A stretch of 64,000 bases of DNA from Candidatus Dormiibacterota bacterium (GTDB lineage Bacteria > Chloroflexota > Dormibacteria > Aeolococcales > Aeolococcaceae): NCBI GenBank assembly GCA_036844485.1, contig DAIUFS010000004.1:4925-68924 (forward strand). Direction: 5' to 3'. A model generated the notes under the pieces. That model worked only from the letters and a program-made list of their open reading frames with translations, ran no database searches and was not told the DNA's origin. The position numbers and the translations under genes were made by a program. Shown piece after piece: positions 1 through 7,746 of this stretch (position 1 is the stretch's first letter; the number at the start of each line of letters is the position of its first letter).

Positions 1-828
1 CTCGAGCGCCCGCATCGACCCGATACCGAGCAGCGCGTATTGAGCCAGTCGGATGGCCCGGTCGCTCTCGTAGAGCCGTGCCGTGATCCAGCGATCGGTT
101 CGGGAGTTCTCGCGCCGGTCCGCATCGAGCAGGAAGAGCGGGACGCGCCCCACCTGCACGCGCCAGACCTGCACGGTCAGCTGCCGCCCGCGCAGGGGGA
201 CGCTGACCGTCACCGGTTCACCATCCGTGTTGCGGACAAGGGCGGCAGGAACGCGCTCAGGATCGAGGGGAATCCAGTACTCGTGCTGGTATCCGGTCCG
301 GTCCATGCGTTGCAGGAAGTAGCCCTGTCGGTAGAGGAGCCCGACGGCGACCATGGGCACCGCCATGTCGCTCGCCTCCTTGAGGATGTCGCCGGCCAGA
401 ACGCCCAGGCCGCCCGCGTAGATGGGCAGCGATGTGTGCACCGCGAACTCCGCGCAGAGGAAGGCGACGGGCCGCTGCGCTGACGCGTGTCCGGGCATGG
501 GCGGTCGGGCTCTATCGGACTCGACGGTGGCGAGGATGGCCTTCGCCTGCTCCATGAGGCGCTCATCCGACGCCACCCGCTCCAGCGTCGCGGAGGATGC
601 GTCCAGCAGCAGCCGCACGGGATTGCGGTTGCTGCGATCCCAGCTCAGCGGGTCGATGGCCGCGAACACCTCGTTGCCTCCTGGGGTCCACGACCAGCGG
701 TAGTTGTAGGCGAGGCGCGCGAACGCCGCCATCGGCCCGGGGAGCCTCGCCGCCAGATCATCCGCGGCGCGGGTCATCTCGGTGCTGCCGTCCACGAGCA
801 GGGTGGCCTGAGCAGCCGTCTCCGTCAT
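1..828 (-). CDS. glgP: alpha-glucan (glycogen/maltodextrin) phosphorylase, N-terminal ~276 codons; the rest lies beyond the window start
   Basis: Own translation of the minus strand from the ATG at 826-828: MTETAAQATLLVDG...FARLAYNYRWSWTPGGNEVFAAIDP...RPVAFLCAEFAVHTSLPIYAGGLGVLAGDILKEASDMAVPMVAVGLLYRQGYF. This is a typical N-terminus of actinobacterial-type GT35 alpha-glucan phosphorylases. It is absent from the ORF track because there is no stop in the window. ATGA start/stop overlap with rpe. Confidence 0.8.
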   Translation of the reverse strand, partial: MTETAAQATLLVDGSTEMTRAADDLAARLPGPMAAFARLAYNYRWSWTPGGNEVFAAIDPLSWDRSNRNPVRLLLDASSATLERVASDERLMEQAKAILATVESDRARPPMPGHASAQRPVAFLCAEFAVHTSLPIYAGGLGVLAGDILKEASDMAVPMVAVGLLYRQGYFLQRMDRTGYQHEYWIPLDPERVPAALVRNTDGEPVTVSVPLRGRQLTVQVWRVQVGRVPLFLLDADRRENSRTDRWITARLYESDRAIRLAQYALLGIGSMRALE

Positions 829-1544
829 TGCGGCGCGATCGTAGGTCGCGGAGTCGGCGGCAGGGCCGCGACCAGGGCCCGAACGCCCGCTGCGGGGCCC
901 TCGCGGTGGCCGAACACGGCGGTTCCGGCCACCAGGACCGTCGCTCCCGCCGCGGCGCAGGCCGATGCGGTCTCGGCGTCGACGCCGCCGTCCACCTCGA
1001 GCTCCGTGGCCAGCCCTCGACTGTCGATCTCGGCGCGCAACACGGACACCTTCTCCAGGGTATGGAGGATCAGTCGCTGTCCCCCAAACCCCGGGTTGAT
1101 GGTCATCACCAGGGCAAGGTCACAGATCTCGAGGACGTCGTGCAGCGCGGCGACCGGGGTGCTGGGGTTGATCGCCGCTCCCGCCCGGCAATCGAGCGCG
1201 CGGATCGCCGAAAGAGTGCGATGGAGGTGGGGAGACACCTCCTGGTGCACCGTGATGCCGTCGGCGCCGGCCGAGGCGAAGGTCTCCAGGTGTCGCTCCG
1301 GCTCGCGGATCATGAGGTGAAGCTCGAGCGGCAGAGCCGTCTCGCGGCGCAGCGCCCGTACGGTGTCGATCCCGAAGGTGAAGTTGGGCACGAAGCTCCC
1401 ATCCATGACGTCAACGTGGAGACGCTCTGCCCCACTCCCGTCAAGCGCGTGAACCGCGTCAGCAAGGTAGGCAAAGTTGGCGCCCAACAGGCTGGGAGCG
1501 ATGCAGACAGCGTCGGGACAACCCGGCCAGGTCGAGCGGGGCAC
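825..1544 (-). CDS. rpe: ribulose-phosphate 3-epimerase
   Basis: 239-aa ORF with IAPSLLGANFAYL, HVDVMDGSFVPNFTFG, MTINPGFGGQ and EVDGG motifs characteristic of Rpe. GTG start. Confidence 0.9.
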   Translation of the reverse strand: MPRSTWPGCPDAVCIAPSLLGANFAYLADAVHALDGSGAERLHVDVMDGSFVPNFTFGIDTVRALRRETALPLELHLMIREPERHLETFASAGADGITVHQEVSPHLHRTLSAIRALDCRAGAAINPSTPVAALHDVLEICDLALVMTINPGFGGQRLILHTLEKVSVLRAEIDSRGLATELEVDGGVDAETASACAAAGATVLVAGTAVFGHREGPAAGVRALVAALPPTPRPTIAPQ

Positions 1545-1668
1545 CGTCCGAGCCTACTCGATGCACAGTGCGAGGACCCACCTCCGAGCGTCGGACGACG
1601 GTTGATGTCTCCGGGCAAAGATGGGTATCGGTCCAGTAGCCTAAAGTTAGTGTCTTCATGGTAGGAAG

Positions 1669-2265
1669 ATGAGCTCCCGCCTCAGTGCGGGGATTGACGC
1701 CGACACGGCGCTCGACCGCGCCCTCCTCGACCTGCTCGCAGCTCTGCGCGATGAGAGGGGGGCCCCGGAGGCCCGCGATTCCCTGGCGGCGATGCTCGCC
1801 CGCCACGCCCTCATCGAATCGGTACGTGGTTGCGCGCTCTGCCTCATCGATGGGGACCACGCGCTGCGCGTTGCCGGGGTGGCCGGTGATACCGGCACGG
1901 TGGCTGCGGGCTCGCTGTGGCAGTTGGCCCACTCACCCCTGGCTGAGGCCCTCGCTGGGATCGACATCGCCCGGCCGGTCGGGGACGACCTCAGCAATCT
2001 GGCACGAGCGCTGGGTGTGAGGCAGAGTGACCAGCTGCTTGCGGCCCCGCTGCGCATCGGAGAGCGAGGCGGCGGGGAGCCGACCTCGCTCGGCGCTCTC
2101 CTGCTGATCCGCGATCGGCCGGATGCTCTCTCTGACGAAGAGTGCGCCTTCCTCCAGAACTACACGTCGCTGGTGGCCCTGGCGCTGCTCGGAGCGGCGC
2201 CCGCACAGGACTGGGCAGGGCGCGCGCGCCGCCTGCATCGGACGGTGAACGCCGCGGTGACCTGA
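1669..2265 (+). CDS. stand-alone GAF-domain protein
   Basis: 198-aa ORF with GAF-like layout (LIDGDHALRVAGVAG...LAAPLRIGERG...GALLLIRDRPDALSDEECAFLQNYTSLVALAL). The ATG is preceded by the purine-rich stretch ggtaggaag. Its stop overlaps the ATG of the next gene (TGATG). Confidence 0.6.
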   Translation: MSSRLSAGIDADTALDRALLDLLAALRDERGAPEARDSLAAMLARHALIESVRGCALCLIDGDHALRVAGVAGDTGTVAAGSLWQLAHSPLAEALAGIDIARPVGDDLSNLARALGVRQSDQLLAAPLRIGERGGGEPTSLGALLLIRDRPDALSDEECAFLQNYTSLVALALLGAAPAQDWAGRARRLHRTVNAAVT

Positions 2266-3431
2266 TGGGCTCGCTCGACGCCGAGGAGATCGTCCCGCGC
2301 GTCCTGCAGAGCACCTGCCGGTCGCTTGAGGCCAACCGCGCTGTCCTGCTGCGCCTCGAGGCAACGGAGCTCGTCATGGAGGGGGTCCACGACGTCGACC
2401 GACCGGTGCTGGCCGACTGGCGGGGTCCCATCGCCCGCCTGCCGCTGTTTCTGGAGGCGATGGCCTCCGGAGAGGTGGTGGCGGGCGACAGCGAGGCGTG
2501 TGAACGTCTGCCGGATGGCGCTAGGGAGGCGTTCGGCGACGTCTGTCATGCGCTGATCCTGCCCATGCGCCTGCATGAGAACGGGACCGGCTTCATGGCG
2601 GTGTTCCGGCGCCAGCCGCGCCCCTTCGTCCACGACGACTCCATAACTCTGCAACTGCTCGGGCACGTTGCTCGTGTGGCACTGCGCAACTCGCGCATGT
2701 ACGCGGACGCGCAGGCCGCGTCACAGGCGATGGCGTCGTTCCTCAACCTCATCGTGCACGACCTCCGCGCGCCACTCACGGTGCTGTCGGGCTACGTCGA
2801 CCTGCTTCGAGGCGGCACGTTCGGCGAGGGCCCCGAGGCCTGGCAGAAGCCCATGGACCTGATCGCCGGCAAGCTCCACGAGACCCATCGACTGGTTGAC
2901 GACATCCTGCTCGCCGCCCGCTTGGAGAGCGGCGCCATCCCGGCGACCATCGAAACACTCGATCTCAACGAGGTCATCTCCAGGGCGGCGCTGCGCAGTG
3001 AGGCACGCGCAGGACTGGCGGGGGCGATCATCGAAACGGCGCCCGACGCCGAGCCGGTGCCGGTTTCGGGCGACGGCTTCCATGTCGATCGCATCGTCGA
3101 CAACCTCGTCAACAACGCGATCAGCTACGGCGGTCCCTCGCCGTGGGTGCGCCTGTCTGTCGATCGATCGCAACCTCCCGCGATCCGCGTCGAGGACCAC
3201 GGCGTCGGCATCAGAGCGGAGCTGCAGTCGCGCATCTTCGACCGTTTCTTCCGCATCGACCACAAAATCCCCGGCACCGGCTTCGGCCTCCACGTCGGCC
3301 GCGTTCTCGCCGAGGCCTGTGGTGGCTCGCTGCGCATCGAGAGCAGCGTCCCTGGCCGGGGCAGTGTCTTTCGCCTCGAGCTGCCCGCGGCTCCCGCCGC
3401 CGGTCGACCCGCTCTGGTACACCCCGCCTAA
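2265..3431 (+). CDS. soluble GAF-domain sensor histidine kinase (HisKA + HATPase_c)
   Basis: H-box FLNLIVHDLRAPLTVLSGY, N-box DRIVDNLVNNAISY, and G-boxes RVEDHGVGI and GTGFGLHV. An N-terminal GAF-like region is present and no TM segment. The start is taken at the in-frame ATG at 2265; the ORF track begins at 2142 but that upstream part looks non-coding. Confidence 0.85.
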   Translation: MGSLDAEEIVPRVLQSTCRSLEANRAVLLRLEATELVMEGVHDVDRPVLADWRGPIARLPLFLEAMASGEVVAGDSEACERLPDGAREAFGDVCHALILPMRLHENGTGFMAVFRRQPRPFVHDDSITLQLLGHVARVALRNSRMYADAQAASQAMASFLNLIVHDLRAPLTVLSGYVDLLRGGTFGEGPEAWQKPMDLIAGKLHETHRLVDDILLAARLESGAIPATIETLDLNEVISRAALRSEARAGLAGAIIETAPDAEPVPVSGDGFHVDRIVDNLVNNAISYGGPSPWVRLSVDRSQPPAIRVEDHGVGIRAELQSRIFDRFFRIDHKIPGTGFGLHVGRVLAEACGGSLRIESSVPGRGSVFRLELPAAPAAGRPALVHPA

Positions 3432-3445
3432 CACCCCCGCGCGCG

Positions 3446-4162
3446 TCAGCCAGCTGCGCGAGCTGCCGAGGCGTCGAGAAACCAGAGGAGCTGGCCGTCC
3501 GACGGCCGCACCCGCGCCGCCGGAACCGTGCCGTTGACGACGCCACGCAGGGCGTCTGCTTTGGCGGCACCCGTGACCAGGAAGGCGACGTGGGCTGCGG
3601 CGTTGAGCGTGGGCAGCGTCAGCGTGATGCGGTCGACGGGCGGTGCGGGGGCCTGGCCGCGCGTCGCCCACGCGGAGGCGACCTCGAGGGCCGCGGTGCC
3701 CGGGAAGAGCGATGCGGTGTGCCCATCGGGCCCGAGCCCGAGCAGCACCACGTCGAGCCGCGGTGGCGCCCCGCATTCGGTCTCGAGCAGCTGCGAGTAC
3801 TCGGCGGCGGCCGAGTCGAGATCAGGTCGTTCCGCCTCCATCCGGTGAACCTGCCCGGTGGGAATGGCGACCTTGGCCAGCAGGGTGTCGTGAACGAGGC
3901 GGTAGTTGCTCTGTGGGTGGTCGGGAGCAACCGCGCGCTCATCGCCGAAGAAGACGTGCCAGCTCGCCCAGTCGATGCCGTCGCGAAACGTCGAGGAGGC
4001 CAGGGCTTCATACAGGAAACGTGGAGTGCTCCCCCCGGCAGCTGCGATCCGGAACGCGTCGCCGTGGCGGCAGCGCTCCGAGATCCACCCGGCCACCTCG
4101 GCCGCCGTGGCGATCGGATCGGTGAGGACGCGGGCCTCACCCGGCAGCTCGGCGACGTTCAT
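3446..4162 (-). CDS. pgl: 6-phosphogluconolactonase
   Basis: 238 aa with AAAGGSTP, WHVFFGDERAV, LGLGPDGHTASLFPG and TLTLP motifs. ATGA overlap with the opcA stop. Confidence 0.9.
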   Translation of the reverse strand: MNVAELPGEARVLTDPIATAAEVAGWISERCRHGDAFRIAAAGGSTPRFLYEALASSTFRDGIDWASWHVFFGDERAVAPDHPQSNYRLVHDTLLAKVAIPTGQVHRMEAERPDLDSAAAEYSQLLETECGAPPRLDVVLLGLGPDGHTASLFPGTAALEVASAWATRGQAPAPPVDRITLTLPTLNAAAHVAFLVTGAAKADALRGVVNGTVPAARVRPSDGQLLWFLDASAARAAG

Positions 4163-5223
4163 CCGGGGGCGGAGGACAGGGCGGCGGCGCTGCGCAGAGC
4201 GGCCCGGTACACCGGATCCTCGCCGCTGCTCTCCAGCAGCCTGCCGACCAGGTCTACGGTGTCGGGCTCAGGTATTGGGACGGCGCGCTCCGCGGTGATC
4301 CCACCGTCGACGTCGATGACGCTGTACAGCGCTGATCCGCGGCGCTCCACTGTCACCAGAGCCTGGTGGCCGTCGGTGTGGCAGCGCAAGGCAACGCGGA
4401 TCAGATCGTGGTCGGCGACCTCCTCCGTCTGCCCGGACACCGCCACAACCTGCGGTTCCTGCGCGGACCGCGACCAGTCGAGACGGCTGCCCAGCCAGCC
4501 AACGATCAGCCAGGCCTGCGCCGAGATGTGGTCGCCGCTGCATTCGAGGTCGACACGGGTGATGCCATGAACGAAGCCGCGCACGACCTCACCATCGAAG
4601 GACTGCGCGATCAACTCGCGCCACATGCGTATGCGCTCCCATGCGACGTCGGATAGCGCGATGGCGTCCCCGACGCGGTCAAGCTCGTTGGACAGGGTCT
4701 GGAGCGTGCGAGGGTCGTGGTACTCCCCGCTGTCGATGATCACGCGCTCCGAAATCGCCACCGCGTCCTGTCCGAACGCCTGCCGGAGCGGGGGCGACCC
4801 GATCAGCCAAAGGTAGACGGGAATGTCCGGGACCAGGAGCGGGGTGACCACGCTGGAGAGGTGGTAGGCCACCTCTCCAGCGACGTGCAGCCGAACCTGC
4901 TCCGCGCACACCTGCCCGCTGTCGGTGGCCGAGCACTGCAGCGAGAGGTCCGCCTCGATCTGCTCTTTGCCATGGGGGTTGGCGATGACGATGATGGCCC
5001 GCGCGGGGTGCTTGGCACCGAGCCTGCCCACCGCCTGGGAGGCCATGTCCCCACTCTCGACATCGACGCAGGCTGCCACCAGGTTGAGCACCGAGAGTCG
5101 CACGGCGGCGCCCTCGATGCCACCGCTGCGCAGCATCTCGCGGTGCATCTCGGCGAGGACGCGGTTGACCGCATGCAAGCCGCTGGCGTGCGACACCTGC
5201 AGCGGCGTGTTGGCCATCAGCAT
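4159..5223 (-). CDS. opcA: glucose-6-phosphate dehydrogenase assembly protein OpcA
   Basis: Lies between zwf and pgl as in actinobacterial PPP operons. OpcA-like sequence (RLSVLNLVA...HPARAIIV...PDIPVYLWLIGSPP). The start is chosen at the ATG at 5223, 1 nt after the zwf stop. The ORF track extends to 5415, which overlaps zwf. Confidence 0.8.
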   Translation of the reverse strand: MLMANTPLQVSHASGLHAVNRVLAEMHREMLRSGGIEGAAVRLSVLNLVAACVDVESGDMASQAVGRLGAKHPARAIIVIANPHGKEQIEADLSLQCSATDSGQVCAEQVRLHVAGEVAYHLSSVVTPLLVPDIPVYLWLIGSPPLRQAFGQDAVAISERVIIDSGEYHDPRTLQTLSNELDRVGDAIALSDVAWERIRMWRELIAQSFDGEVVRGFVHGITRVDLECSGDHISAQAWLIVGWLGSRLDWSRSAQEPQVVAVSGQTEEVADHDLIRVALRCHTDGHQALVTVERRGSALYSVIDVDGGITAERAVPIPEPDTVDLVGRLLESSGEDPVYRAALRSAAALSSAPG

Positions 5224-5224
5224 C

Positions 5225-6811
5225 TCAGAGTCGGCGCCAGCGACGGCCATCACGACCCATGAAATCACCAGCGCTCTGCGGACCCCAGGAGCCGGCCTCG
5301 TAATTGGGGAACTCGTTCGGGTCAGGGGGATGCGCTCGCCAGCCGTCAAGGATGGCTGTGCAGAAGCGCCATGCCTCCTCCACCTCATCCTCTCGGGCGA
5401 ACAGGGTGGGGTCACCGAGCATGCAATCGAGCAGGAGACGCTCGTACGCCTCCGGCGACTCCTTGAGGAATGCGCTCCCGTACAGGAAGTCCATGTTGAC
5501 TGTGCGAATGCGCATCGACTGTCCGGGCATCTTGGCGCTGAAGCGCAGTGTGATGCCCTCGTCCGGCTGGATGCGCAGCACCAGCAGATTGGGGTCGATG
5601 CTGTCAGCGGGCAGGCTGCCGGCCGGTGTGGGCGTGTTGCCGCCGAAGGGGGAGTGGGGCACGCGCCGGAACTGTATGGCGATCTCCGTGGCCCGCTTGG
5701 GGAGCCGTTTGCCGGTGCGCAGGTAGAACGGCGTGCCGGCCCAGCGCCAGTTGTCGATATCCACCTTCATGGCCACGAAGGTCTCGCGAAGCGAATCTGG
5801 TGCCACGCCCGGCTCATCGCGGTAGGCGGGGACCGGCTCGCCGTCGATCCACCCAGCACCGTACTGACCGCGCACCGTGTGCGACAGCGCGTCGTCGGGG
5901 TGGATGGGGCGAACCGCACGAAGCAGCTTCACCTTCTCGTCGCGGACAGTCTCGGCGCGGAAGTTGCTCGGGGCCTCCATTCCAACGATCGCCATGAGCT
6001 GCATCACGTGGTTCTGGATGATGTCGCGAAGCGCCCCGGATTCCTCGTAGTAGGCGCCCCGACCCTCGACGCCGATGTTCTCCCCCACCGTGATCTGTAC
6101 GTGATCGATGTACTGGCGACTCCACAGCGGTTCGAAGATGCCGTTGGCAAAACGGAAGACGAGGAGATTCTGCACCGTCTCCTTGCCGAGGTAGTGATCG
6201 ATTCGGTAGATCTGCTCCTCGCTGAAAGCCATGTGCAGCTGTCTGTTCAGATCTCGCGCGCTCTCGAGGTTGTGCCCGAAGGGTTTCTCCACCACCATTC
6301 GCCGGAAGCTGTCCCCCTCCGAATGCGAGAGTCCCTCCTTGCCAAGGCGCTCGGCCAGAGGTGCGAAGCCGCTGGGCGGGATCGAGAAGTAGAAGACGCG
6401 ATTGCCTGCCGTTCCCCGCTCACGGTCGAGATCAGCGAGGGTCCGGTGCAGGGCCCTCAGGCCGTCAGGGGCGTCCAGGTCGTACCAGCAGTAGCGAAGC
6501 CCATCCGCGAACACGTTCCACACGTCCTCACGCAGACGCACGCGACCATGCTTCTCGACGCCTTCGCGCATGGCCTCGCGAAATTCCTCGGTCGACTGTT
6601 CGGTGCGGCCGGCGCCGACGATGCTGAAGCCGGGTGGCAGCAGCCCGTCGGCCGCGAGCGCGTACAGCGCCGGAACCAGCTTGCGCTTGGTGAGGTCGCC
6701 GGTGGCGCCGAAGATGACCACCACGCAGGGCAGAGGGATGCGTCCCTGGCGCAGACCTTCGCTGAGAGGGTTGGACTGAACGACGACGTCGTCGACGGCC
6801 GTGTCGGTCAC
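5225..6811 (-). CDS. zwf: glucose-6-phosphate 1-dehydrogenase
   Basis: 528 aa with GATGDLTKRKL, RIDHYLGKE and DIIQNHVMQL motifs. GTGA overlap with the gnd stop. Confidence 0.95.
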   Translation of the reverse strand: MTDTAVDDVVVQSNPLSEGLRQGRIPLPCVVVIFGATGDLTKRKLVPALYALAADGLLPPGFSIVGAGRTEQSTEEFREAMREGVEKHGRVRLREDVWNVFADGLRYCWYDLDAPDGLRALHRTLADLDRERGTAGNRVFYFSIPPSGFAPLAERLGKEGLSHSEGDSFRRMVVEKPFGHNLESARDLNRQLHMAFSEEQIYRIDHYLGKETVQNLLVFRFANGIFEPLWSRQYIDHVQITVGENIGVEGRGAYYEESGALRDIIQNHVMQLMAIVGMEAPSNFRAETVRDEKVKLLRAVRPIHPDDALSHTVRGQYGAGWIDGEPVPAYRDEPGVAPDSLRETFVAMKVDIDNWRWAGTPFYLRTGKRLPKRATEIAIQFRRVPHSPFGGNTPTPAGSLPADSIDPNLLVLRIQPDEGITLRFSAKMPGQSMRIRTVNMDFLYGSAFLKESPEAYERLLLDCMLGDPTLFAREDEVEEAWRFCTAILDGWRAHPPDPNEFPNYEAGSWGPQSAGDFMGRDGRRWRRL

Positions 6812-7746
6812 GGCGACGGCGGTGCGGAGGTGGCGCTGTCCTCGCTCTTCACCGGGTGCCCACCGAACTCGTTGCGTAGGGCCGCGATCACCTTGTTGCC
6901 GAACCCATCGGGTCGCCGTGACTGGTAACGGGCCATCAGGGACAGCACCAGAACGGGCGCGGGCACCGAGAGGTTCATGGCTTCGTCGATGGTCCAGCGG
7001 CCCTCACCCGAATCCGCGACCCAGCCGCGCAGCTGGCTCAACTGCGCATCCCTCTCGAAGGCACGCTCGGCGAGCTCGAGCAACCAGGATCGCACCACGC
7101 TGCCCTGGTTCCAGAGGTGGGCGATGCCGTGCAGGTCCAGAGCCGGGAAGGCCTCCGACGAATGGAGGATGTCGAAGCCCTCCGCGTACGCCTGGAGCAT
7201 CCCGTACTCGATGCCGTTGTGCACCATCTTGACGTAGTGCCCGCTGCCTTCAGGCCCCACATGCAGGAAGCCGTCCTTGGGTGCCAGGGTCTCGAAGATG
7301 GGACGCAGCCTCTCCACCGCCGCGGTGTCGCCACCGACCATCAGGCAGTACCCCACGGTCAGGCCCCAGATGCCGCCGCTGGTGCCCGCGTCGATGAAGC
7401 TGATGCCCTGCGCCTTGCACCGCTGCGCGCGCGCCACGCTGTCGTGCCAGTTGCTGTTGCCACCGTCGACGATGCTGTCGCCCGGTTCCAGGCTGGCCAG
7501 CAGGGAGTCCAAAGTCTGCTCGGTAGCGGTCCCCGCCGGCACCATCATCCAGACCGCCCGCGGCGGCTGGAGCTTGGGGATGAGATCCGCGAGCGCGGTA
7601 ACGGTGGTGGCGCCGTGTTCCTCCGCGGCGGCCCTTGCCTGTTCGTTGGGATCGAACGCCACCACGGCATGGTCTCCGTCACGGCGCAGACGATGAACCA
7701 TGTTGGCCCCCATCTTCCCCAGGCCGACAAAGCCGATCTGCATCAC
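6808..7746 (-). CDS. gnd: 6-phosphogluconate dehydrogenase, decarboxylating, short (YqeC/Gnd-like) form
   Basis: 312 aa with the IGFVGLGKMGANMVHRL Rossmann motif, GGNSNW, and MVHNGIEYGMLQAYAEGF. An alternative ATG at 7743 gives an ATGA overlap with the tal-pgi stop. Confidence 0.9.
   Translation of the reverse strand: MMQIGFVGLGKMGANMVHRLRRDGDHAVVAFDPNEQARAAAEEHGATTVTALADLIPKLQPPRAVWMMVPAGTATEQTLDSLLASLEPGDSIVDGGNSNWHDSVARAQRCKAQGISFIDAGTSGGIWGLTVGYCLMVGGDTAAVERLRPIFETLAPKDGFLHVGPEGSGHYVKMVHNGIEYGMLQAYAEGFDILHSSEAFPALDLHGIAHLWNQGSVVRSWLLELAERAFERDAQLSQLRGWVADSGEGRWTIDEAMNLSVPAPVLVLSLMARYQSRRPDGFGNKVIAALRNEFGGHPVKSEDSATSAPPSP

Noticed and set aside
4925-6928. 667-aa plus-strand ORF overlapping zwf and opcA in antisense
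   Set aside because: Arg/Gly/Ala-rich composition with no motifs. It is the mirror frame of clearly identified zwf/opcA genes, a typical high-GC shadow ORF. The same reasoning applies to 7117..7953, 8265..9143 and 10044..10817, which are antisense to gnd and tal-pgi.
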